A stretch of DNA of 52,936 nucleotides, taken from positions 1-52,936 of the IMG/VR virus record IMGVR_UViG_3300032213_002156. The stretch is one strand, 5' to 3'. The translations under genes were made by a program, and so were the position numbers. The notes beneath the pieces are model-generated. The model had not been told where the DNA came from, made no database searches, and saw only the letters and a list, made by a program, of their open reading frames with translations. Of the stretch, positions 36,928 to 44,038 are shown one piece after another. Source of the DNA: a virus (Duplodnaviria; Caudoviricetes). How positions within the stretch are numbered: the first letter of the stretch is position 1; each line of letters opens with the position of its first letter.

Positions 36928-38383
36928 ATGCTTCTTTGAGTTTGAGTAATTGGCTATCACCATTCCAGATTGTATATCCAAGATCCATTAGTACTTCTTG
37001 CATTTCAATGCGCCTACGAGCACGTTCTCGAAAATCTAGTCCGGGATTGGTAGACATCGTCCAGTTAAATCCTGCAACATGATTTCCAATGGGATCTTCT
37101 ATGCCTAGACTAACACTTTCATTGTACAAGGGTGTACCTTCGTCTATGCTGGCAGTGGTGCCTAAATTTACTCCGTATATGGTTCCATCTAGCGCATACT
37201 TTTGATATTTGCGAAACTGTTCAATCCCATGTGTATGATCTTCTATAGTCTCGGTAGGATATCCAACTATCATTAAGAAATAACAATTCATGTTGTTACG
37301 ATGTATCTGTTCTAGTGTAAAATCCATGTCTGCATTGCTAAAACCTTTTTTCATGTGATCTCTTACACGTTCGCTCAGACTTTCAACACCCATTGCAACT
37401 CCATTCATACCTGCTCGAGCAGCAATTTCATAATCAGCAACAGTCATACTGTCTGCATCACGTACAATAAATTGTCCTCCCCAGTTAAAATATCGATCTG
37501 ACAGATTGTTTGTTTGATAGTATTCAACTAGGCATTGACAAAACTCTCGAAAACTTTTCATACTGCCGTTGATCAAACTGTCAGTAAACCAAAAGTTTTT
37601 TACGTTGTATTTTTGATAGTGATGTATAAACTCATTAGCTACGCTACGGCCACTGCGGTATTTGTACTTTTTCCATGCCGAATGTATGTCACAAAAACTA
37701 CATTTACGAACACAACCCCTACTGCTGGTCACAGGTATTTGCGGATTGCCTGTTGTCCATAGATAGTTTTTGTTGATTACATCATCATAATTGGGATACG
37801 GAATAGAATCCAAATCTTCAATTTGTATAAAATTATCGTTGTTTATTCCAGGATAATCCACATTGCCGCTTAACAGTTCTAGTAATGCACGGTCACCTTC
37901 GCCGCGAATATAGTAATCTGCTAGATTATTGTGTATTAACCAACTGCCAAAGTCGTTTTGTTTTGATGCAATTCCGTTGCTACTAAGGCCGGCGCCCCCT
38001 ACAATTATTTTATTGTGAAATTTTGACCGTAGTTTTGACAATAACATTTTAGTAAAGATTTGACACTGAAATGTAAACACACTTATTCCCACCCACCGTG
38101 GATTAGTTTCAACAATATGTGCCACACAGATATCAATATACTGATCTAGCCAAGTTTGAGTAAATTGACTCAGTGTTCCTGTATGATCATTCAACGAAAA
38201 GTATTGATCTAGTTCTTGTTTTGTGTTATTATTGTTGTTGCACAGTTCTGCTAGTTCTAAATTAAAATCACTCACAGATACAGTATACCCATTTGCTTCA
38301 CAAATGCCTTTGAGTAGGCTGGTGGCAGCAGGAGGATAAATTAAGGATATCTGTGGAACATTTATTAGCAAAACATCTAACAT
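36866..38383 (-). CDS. Cobalamin-binding (class B-type) radical SAM enzyme (~505 aa)
   Basis: B12-binding domain 'PPAATSLLKG...WVGISVF...IIVGGAG...RGEGD', then 'SRGCVRKCSFC' (CxxxCxxC), 'FTDSLING', 'GVESLS', 'VGYPTET'. ATG 38383 avoids overlap with the divergent gene and follows TAAATA. Confidence 0.88.
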   Translation of the reverse strand: MLDVLLINVPQISLIYPPAATSLLKGICEANGYTVSVSDFNLELAELCNNNNNTKQELDQYFSLNDHTGTLSQFTQTWLDQYIDICVAHIVETNPRWVGISVFTFQCQIFTKMLLSKLRSKFHNKIIVGGAGLSSNGIASKQNDFGSWLIHNNLADYYIRGEGDRALLELLSGNVDYPGINNDNFIQIEDLDSIPYPNYDDVINKNYLWTTGNPQIPVTSSRGCVRKCSFCDIHSAWKKYKYRSGRSVANEFIHHYQKYNVKNFWFTDSLINGSMKSFREFCQCLVEYYQTNNLSDRYFNWGGQFIVRDADSMTVADYEIAARAGMNGVAMGVESLSERVRDHMKKGFSNADMDFTLEQIHRNNMNCYFLMIVGYPTETIEDHTHGIEQFRKYQKYALDGTIYGVNLGTTASIDEGTPLYNESVSLGIEDPIGNHVAGFNWTMSTNPGLDFRERARRRIEMQEVLMDLGYTIWNGDSQLLKLKEAYEKLQQGRYKTGLRIPITVQ

Positions 38384-38402
38384 AGCATATTTAACTGGAA
38401 TA

Positions 38403-40115
38403 ATGCAAGGATTTAAAATATCAAGCGTCACTGAATATCAATTGGAGATTACCTCTTATTGTAATGCCGCTTGTCCGCAGTGTCCACGCAACGTCAACGG
38501 CAGCGGTGTTAATCCACATCTTACACTAGAACATCTTCCTAGATCGGTAATAGACGCTGCCTTCACAGAAGATCTGTGTCTTAATTTAAGACAGGTATTC
38601 TTCTGTGGCAGTTACGGCGATCCTATTATGCATCCAGACTTCCTGGATATACTACGTGACTTTAGACACAAGTGTCCGACACTGTGGTTGTACATACACA
38701 CCAATGGCGGTGCCCACGATACAGAATATTGGACTACAATGGCAGAGATCATTGGAGGGTATGGTCAGGTAGACTTTAACATCGACGGAGTTGAAGATAC
38801 CAATCACTTGTACCGGCGCAATACAGACTTTAACAAAATTATTGCCAATGCCACTGCGTACATCAATGCAGGTGGACGTGCGGTGTGGAACTATATTATA
38901 TTTGAACACAATCAGCATCAAGTTGAGCAGGCAAGAGAGTTAAGCATCAAATTAAGGTTTAAAGATTTTAAACATCGTGCTACTGGTAGATTCTTAAATC
39001 ACAAAACCATGGAAGAATTTTCAGAATGGCCTGTGCAGAATCGACAAGGCGAAACAGAGTATGTTATCAAGCCCACTGTGTTAAAACAATACAAAAACAA
39101 AAGCATTAGCATACTTCCAGATTTAAAAAAGCAATACCCGGATATCAAAGAATATTTTGCCAACACTGAGATTAGTTGTGACTCGCTAAAAGGCAACAAA
39201 GTTGCTATCAATGCCGCAGGACTTGTGCTACCATGTAATATGTTAAGCCACAACCTGAGCGATGCCAGATTTCGTGACCAATCTGTTCTGCCGTGTAGTA
39301 ACGATTTAAGCACTGTGGATGGCAAAAATCAAGTGCAAGAATTTGTCAACCGTCACGGTGCCAACAACTTAAACATACATCATCGTTCGCTGGAACAGGT
39401 GTTTGATAGTTCTTTCTGGACAGATCTTGTAGATAGTTGGAAGTATAATACATTTCCTGAGAGATTATTTGAGTGTGCAATGACCTGCGGTAAACAGTTT
39501 CAAAAAGTATGGGATCAAACTAAAATGAACAAGACATTCTTAATCACTGGCGGCAATCGAGGTCTAGGACTACACCTAACAAAAACGTTTGGCGGAACTA
39601 GTGTTAGCCGGGTTCAAGGGTATGATATTACAAAACATGCTAAAGAAATTGCAGAAATAAGTTTAGACTTTGATGTGTTCATCAACAATGCGTTTGACGG
39701 GCCTCCACAAGAAGATTGGGCCAACTTTGCACAATCGCAAATATACATGGCAGTATATGATGCGTGGAAAGCGGCAAGAAAAGCCGGCTATATCATTAAC
39801 ATTGGCAGCGCCGGCAGCAAAAGTATTGTTGCTCCGGAGCCAAGATTTGAAACATATAGAATTAGTAAGGCAGCCCTAGAACACGCAAGTCGTCAAGGCA
39901 CACAGGCATTTAAACAAAACATTGTACCATTTAAAACAACACTCATTACACTAGATAGACTAGACACAGAACTTAGTCGTGGCCGTACCAATTGGACAGG
40001 CAACGGCATTAATTTAAACGACATCAGCAACTTTATAACATACGCTACCACAGTAAGTTCAAATACTGTGGTAGAAGAGGCAACTTTTTACGTGAACTTT
40101 GATCATAAGGCATAA
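38403..40115 (+). CDS. Radical SAM (with SPASM/twitch-like Cys region) fused to a short-chain dehydrogenase/reductase domain (570 aa)
   Basis: 'CNAACPQC', 'GSYGDP', 'HTNGG', 'IDG', auxiliary Cys 'ISC...GLVLPC...CAMTCG'. From residue 375 an SDR: 'LITGGNRGLG', 'INNA', 'INIGS', 'YRISK' (YxxxK). Confidence 0.85.
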   Translation: MQGFKISSVTEYQLEITSYCNAACPQCPRNVNGSGVNPHLTLEHLPRSVIDAAFTEDLCLNLRQVFFCGSYGDPIMHPDFLDILRDFRHKCPTLWLYIHTNGGAHDTEYWTTMAEIIGGYGQVDFNIDGVEDTNHLYRRNTDFNKIIANATAYINAGGRAVWNYIIFEHNQHQVEQARELSIKLRFKDFKHRATGRFLNHKTMEEFSEWPVQNRQGETEYVIKPTVLKQYKNKSISILPDLKKQYPDIKEYFANTEISCDSLKGNKVAINAAGLVLPCNMLSHNLSDARFRDQSVLPCSNDLSTVDGKNQVQEFVNRHGANNLNIHHRSLEQVFDSSFWTDLVDSWKYNTFPERLFECAMTCGKQFQKVWDQTKMNKTFLITGGNRGLGLHLTKTFGGTSVSRVQGYDITKHAKEIAEISLDFDVFINNAFDGPPQEDWANFAQSQIYMAVYDAWKAARKAGYIINIGSAGSKSIVAPEPRFETYRISKAALEHASRQGTQAFKQNIVPFKTTLITLDRLDTELSRGRTNWTGNGINLNDISNFITYATTVSSNTVVEEATFYVNFDHKA

Positions 40116-40146
40116 CTATAGAGCAAGGACAACCCACTAAAAACAC

Positions 40147-40578
40147 ATGACATGGCTATATCAAGATGCTCCAATTGAGACGTTGCCCGAAGAATGTGTT
40201 GGATTTGTTTACTTAATCACAAATAATCTCACCGGACGCAAGTACATAGGCAAAAAATTAGCAAAATTCTCAAAAACAACTTACAAAACTGTAAAACAAA
40301 AGAACGGCATTAAGAAGAAGAAAAGAATCCGCAGTAAAATTGACAGTGATTGGCGCGAGTATTATGGGTCAAGTCCAAATCTTACAGCAGACATTGAGGC
40401 ACTAGGCAAAGAAAACTTCATCAGAGAAATACTTTATTATTGTAACTCTAAAGCAGAATGTAGTTATGTTGAAGCAAGAGAACAATTTTCACGCATGGTA
40501 TTAGAAACAAATGATTATTACAACGGACACATTCAGGTGCGTGTGCATGGTAGTCACATAAAAAAAATAAAAAAATAA
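40147..40578 (+). CDS. GIY-YIG family endonuclease (Seg-like catalytic domain only, 143 aa)
   Basis: 'GFVYLITNNLTGRKYIGKK', 'YYGSS', 'GKENFIREIL', conserved Glu 'YVEAREQ', 'YYN'. Lys-rich insert; no C-terminal NUMOD DNA-binding module. Confidence 0.85.
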   Translation: MTWLYQDAPIETLPEECVGFVYLITNNLTGRKYIGKKLAKFSKTTYKTVKQKNGIKKKKRIRSKIDSDWREYYGSSPNLTADIEALGKENFIREILYYCNSKAECSYVEAREQFSRMVLETNDYYNGHIQVRVHGSHIKKIKK

Positions 40579-40581
40579 AAT

Positions 40582-41592
40582 ATGATATTAATTTTAACTG
40601 ATCCAGGAGTGGGAGGCACGTTTTTAACATGGAGCCTTCATTACCTTGCTGGACACAAAAATTATTTTCATTCTAAAACTAATAGGTGGGTTGACATACC
40701 CGAAGATCCAAACACTAATACCAATGCTCATCTATTTCTTCCAAATCAACCTCTTAACATTAATCAATCACATAACATATTAACTACTTTAAAAAATATT
40801 ACTACTTCTGATTTTCATACTATGTATTTTCACAATCTAAATGACGATGTCAGATCTTGTAATTCTCGTATTAATCCCGGTGATAACCATCTACCCACCA
40901 CTGAATTAATATCTTCTATTGCTCCAGAATTTAAAAAAATTATTGTGTTATCTAATAGCCATCCGTTGTATCAATGCTCATCGAGATTTAGAGTCTTGAC
41001 AGAAAAATGGTCTGATTTTGACAAAAGAAATTTATCTAACGAAGAGCAACTACTAGACTATGTTGAATACTTTTTTACCGATAGTTATAAAATTTGGCAA
41101 GAACAAAATTTAAATCATGTCTGGGACCAACGAGAATTTCTAGCATTAAATATGCGTCCATTTGCTGTTAAACAAATCGCGGGTAACGTTGATTTAACCA
41201 TTACTCATTATAATTTCAATACAGTTGAATTGTATACTATGTTTGATCAAACAGTTGATCAACTGTTTGAGTTTTTAGAAATTAATATCGACAACACCAA
41301 AAAATCTCGCTGGATTACAGTTTATAACAAATGGAAAAAAATACATGCTAACAGACTGTTATTTGCCATGTACTTTGATACTATTGTGGATTATATCATT
41401 AATGGAAATAATATGGATCTAGTAAGATTTGATCTTGATCTGGTTCAAGAAGCGGCTATACAACACTACCTTATATACAAACACAATTTAAACTTAAAAA
41501 CTTGGCAATTAGAAAAATTTACAAATACCAAACAATTATACAATCTTTTAGAACCAAACACCCACACGTTAGAAAACACGTATCTAATATAA
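40582..41592 (+). CDS. AT-rich hypothetical protein, sulfotransferase-like P-loop (336 aa)
   Basis: N-terminal 'ILTDPGVGGTFLTWSL' resembles a PSB-loop. Similar architecture to 33496..34377. Confidence 0.5.
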   Translation: MILILTDPGVGGTFLTWSLHYLAGHKNYFHSKTNRWVDIPEDPNTNTNAHLFLPNQPLNINQSHNILTTLKNITTSDFHTMYFHNLNDDVRSCNSRINPGDNHLPTTELISSIAPEFKKIIVLSNSHPLYQCSSRFRVLTEKWSDFDKRNLSNEEQLLDYVEYFFTDSYKIWQEQNLNHVWDQREFLALNMRPFAVKQIAGNVDLTITHYNFNTVELYTMFDQTVDQLFEFLEINIDNTKKSRWITVYNKWKKIHANRLLFAMYFDTIVDYIINGNNMDLVRFDLDLVQEAAIQHYLIYKHNLNLKTWQLEKFTNTKQLYNLLEPNTHTLENTYLI

Positions 41593-41594
41593 AA

Positions 41595-41940
41595 CTAGGC
41601 AACAATTACGACCGTGTGGTGAGTGCATTGGCTCACCCCCATTGAAGATATGTGCAATACCATATTTGGACTTGGGCGTCAAAGGCAATTGCTAACTTAA
41701 GGCAACAAATGGTTTGGGCTCTGTGAAGAAGATACACCCCATGCTTATAGGACTTGGATCTATATCGGGTTACTAGGGTTCCGTTGATATGTGAAGCTTG
41801 AGTAGGGGGTACCGGTCAACCGCCTCCGCGTAGGAAACTACAATCTCATTACGATAGATGACTGGGCTACTCAGATAATGCTCTCTCATGTTCACCGTGC
41901 ATACGGTGAATTATGACCAGTTAATCTAGATAATACTTAA
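41595..41940 (+). ncRNA. Candidate large structured non-coding RNA (unassigned family; strand inferred)
   Basis: No ORF of 60 aa or more, and more GC-rich than the upstream gene. Hairpins at 41618-41637, 41646-41667, 41762-41790, 41830-41841 (GTAG-GAAA-CTAC, a GNRA loop on the + strand) and 41891-41910 (8-bp perfect). Long-range helix TGAGTAG 41799-41805 / CTACTCA 41867-41873. Confidence 0.6.
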
Positions 41941-41959
41941 AAAAAAGAAATTAGAAAAA

Positions 41960-42004
41960 TATTGATGAGCGATAGCGAAATCAATAGAACTTCGCAGAAG
42001 TTCT
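41960..42004. terminator. Twin hairpins at the convergence of two transcription units
   Basis: TATTGAT..ATCAATA (41960-41986) and AGAACTTC-GCA-GAAGTTCT (41986-42004). The A-rich tract 41939-41959 gives U-runs on the minus strand after the mtnN stop. Confidence 0.55.
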
Positions 42005-42546
42005 TACACAGTTACACCAAGTTCAAGTAGTTTAGCAATAAAGAACTTTTCTCCCAAAGATACAGATTCTTTCCATGAATCCGATGCTTGAGCATCTGCT
42101 TGATCTGTAATATACTTGAAGCAACGAAACTCAATCTTATTGCGTATACAAGCCTTTGCGATAGAGTATGCTTCCATGTCGACTAGATCTGCAGGAATAC
42201 TAAGAATTGGATTCATTACAAAGTTGTCACCGGTACTGCATGTAAGTCCGTGAGTTCCTGTACTTAAAATAACATCATCCTCAAATGGTGTTTGCCCGTC
42301 TAAGCATCCCAGGGCTTGACACAAGATATCTCGTTGTACAAAACAAGTACATTCGTGCAGTCCGGGTCCAGCAGTTATGCCACCTGCTGTTCCAACATTA
42401 ATAATACGATCTGGTTGATATCGTTCAATTACCTGAGCGGCTGTTAATGCCGCATTTACCTTGCCTACCCCAGTATAAAAAACATTCATCATGTGTCGTA
42501 GGTTAGGAGCCTCGCCAGGTAAGGCAATCAACACTACTGTTTTCAT
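42004..42546 (-). CDS. mtnN: 5'-methylthioadenosine/S-adenosylhomocysteine nucleosidase (180 aa)
   Basis: PNP_UDP_1 motifs 'IALPGE', 'TGVGKVNAA', 'INVGTAGG', 'STGDNF', 'VDMEAYSIA', 'KYITDQAD'. Confidence 0.88.
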   Translation of the reverse strand: MKTVVLIALPGEAPNLRHMMNVFYTGVGKVNAALTAAQVIERYQPDRIINVGTAGGITAGPGLHECTCFVQRDILCQALGCLDGQTPFEDDVILSTGTHGLTCSTGDNFVMNPILSIPADLVDMEAYSIAKACIRNKIEFRCFKYITDQADAQASDSWKESVSLGEKFFIAKLLELGVTV

Positions 42547-42881
42547 ACAAAGGTATCAGGCCAATCACGGAACAGTGCATGTTGTATTGTTCCAGAAACA
42601 AATTGATTAAAACTTTTGTGTTTTACTTCTAGTTCTCCACTAAGTGGAGCAACACGTCGAAATGCTTCATCCATTTGGGCCATGTCTCGGAACTCCATCA
42701 GTATCATCCATTCGGGCATGTCAGCAATGCTACGGAAACCCATTTTACAACGAGTAATACGATAGTCTTGCATTTTGCCTTCTTCTTTTAAATGATCAAA
42801 AAAACTTTTCATTCCGTTGACCCAGTCAAGGTCTGATATGTCGCCTTCTTTGTCTGCCCAAATTGTGTATAAGTCTGCCAT
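42543..42881 (-). CDS. Small dimeric alpha/beta-barrel-like protein (DUF6614-like, 112 aa)
   Basis: 'YRITRCKMGF...PEWMILMEFRDMAQMDEAF...V' ferredoxin-like pattern; family assigned from recollection. Confidence 0.5.
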   Translation of the reverse strand: MADLYTIWADKEGDISDLDWVNGMKSFFDHLKEEGKMQDYRITRCKMGFRSIADMPEWMILMEFRDMAQMDEAFRRVAPLSGELEVKHKSFNQFVSGTIQHALFRDWPDTFV

Positions 42882-42882
42882 G

Positions 42883-43314
42883 TTATAGTGGTCCTAAAAT
42901 TTCAAAACCTTCAAGGTCTTGTTTGTACAAATGCGCTTGATCCAGATACAAGTACTCAAATCCGCGGTCTCTGTAAATTGCACACTCTGTTTGTAAACTT
43001 GTAATACCCAACCGTAGTCGAGGTGTACGATAGTTCCACGCAAACTGTGCGGCTAATAAATTTCGATCATCGTAGCGTTTCATCATAGAAAATGCTACCA
43101 GTTCGCCGTTGTCTCTGTAGCCTATGAGATCCATTCCGGGTTCTGTAAACTGACTGTCAAACAACGGCATTACACTGCCAAAGTGTTTGTAAATGCAGTA
43201 GGTTCTATATATGTCTTGCAGTTCAGCAATGTTGGGTTCAGTAATGTAAAACCAATCCACTCGTGGCCGATATGTTGTTTTTTCTAAATTAATACGTGCA
43301 AACTGATAAGTCAT
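42883..43314 (-). CDS. GNAT protein resembling the C-terminal domain of arginyl/leucyl-tRNA-protein transferase (ATE1/Bpt) (143 aa)
   Basis: 'IYRTYCIYKH', 'GYRDNGELVAFS', 'FAWNYRTPRLRLGITSLQTECAIYRDRGFEYLYL...YK' parallels ATE_C 'Y...G.L.AV...YDP....SLG....L.EI......G..Y.YLGY....M.YK'. Confidence 0.62.
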   Translation of the reverse strand: MTYQFARINLEKTTYRPRVDWFYITEPNIAELQDIYRTYCIYKHFGSVMPLFDSQFTEPGMDLIGYRDNGELVAFSMMKRYDDRNLLAAQFAWNYRTPRLRLGITSLQTECAIYRDRGFEYLYLDQAHLYKQDLEGFEILGPL

Positions 43315-43817
43315 ATTCTGGGATCCTTCCTATGCTGGAACAGCGCAGTGAGATATTCCTCAGGCCATGTATCATAGAATCCTTTGCTGGCCATTTGCTG
43401 TGCTTTGGTATTGAGATCGCTTAGACTCTGTACCAATGCCAGTGCGTATGTGCCTTGATTCATACAAATGCCGTTGACTATTTCTGGATCAGCAGGATGA
43501 TCTTCTAAAACCAGTATGTCTGCTGTGAGTAAAAACTCTTGATTGGCTTGATCTAAACTAGACGCAAACAGTTCATGTGGCCATTCCACAGGATCGTATG
43601 CATACACAATGACTTCTCGATTGCCCATGCCGTAACGTGCTCTATTCTTGAGATCGTAGTAGGGATCCGTGCCAATGAACACTTTGTAACTGCGTTTTAA
43701 TCGTGCTGATCGTGCGTAAGGACAAGGTGGAAAGCCGCCCAGCGCCGGATGTGGAACTTCTACAAAGTTCATGATCCACTGTTCGATGTCTTGTTTAACT
43801 TGATCTATGTTTAGCAT
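43311..43817 (-). CDS. DUF1415-like protein (168 aa)
   Basis: 'IEQWIMNFVE......PPCPYAR' and 'DHP' resemble DUF1415 (W...V.....CPFA; FHP). ATGA-coupled to the GNAT gene. Confidence 0.5.
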   Translation of the reverse strand: MLNIDQVKQDIEQWIMNFVEVPHPALGGFPPCPYARSARLKRSYKVFIGTDPYYDLKNRARYGMGNREVIVYAYDPVEWPHELFASSLDQANQEFLLTADILVLEDHPADPEIVNGICMNQGTYALALVQSLSDLNTKAQQMASKGFYDTWPEEYLTALFQHRKDPRI

Positions 43818-43823
43818 GATGTT

Positions 43824-44000
43824 TTAGAAAAATGGCAGTCCAGATTTTTTAGTTGTTTCTAAATTGTCTTTGATGATTTCAGAAACGGCATTGCGTTCTT
43901 CAAAACTGAGATTTAATGCAGCCTCATAAGATAGCCCACCACGCATATACCACACCATTTTTAATGCCTCAGATTTTATTGATTTAGCCTCTTTTTCCAT
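43824..44000 (-). CDS. gp51: gp51-like small baseplate hub/tail assembly protein (58 aa from ATG; probably also the -1 frameshift extension of the upstream ORF)
   Basis: Not in the ORF track. MEKEAKSIKSEALKMVWYMRGGLSYEAALNLSFEERNAVSEIIKDNLETTKKSGLPFF*. The 'SY...LNLSFEER' motif is gp51/chaperone-GT-like. The frame stays open upstream into the end of 44039..44875. Confidence 0.7.
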   Translation of the reverse strand: MEKEAKSIKSEALKMVWYMRGGLSYEAALNLSFEERNAVSEIIKDNLETTKKSGLPFF

Positions 44001-44038
44001 TTGATCTACCCATTTGGAAATTTGGTCAGAGTCCAGTA

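Noticed and set aside
38384-38431. Apparent head-to-head overlap of the two radical SAM ORFs
   Set aside because: This is an artefact of the longest-ORF start. ATG 38383, preceded by TAAATA, removes the overlap.
40147-40578. GIY-YIG gene as an intron-encoded homing endonuclease or mobile element
   Set aside because: It is free-standing, with no split host gene and no C-terminal NUMOD/HTH DNA-binding region. Mobility cannot be supported from this window.
41595-42004. Possible tRNA, tmRNA, group I/II intron or CRISPR array in the long intergenic region
   Set aside because: There is no cloverleaf with a TTC loop and CCA end, no tmRNA termini, no interrupted gene flanking it, no recognisable intron core and no regular repeat-spacer period. 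It is kept only as an unassigned structured element.
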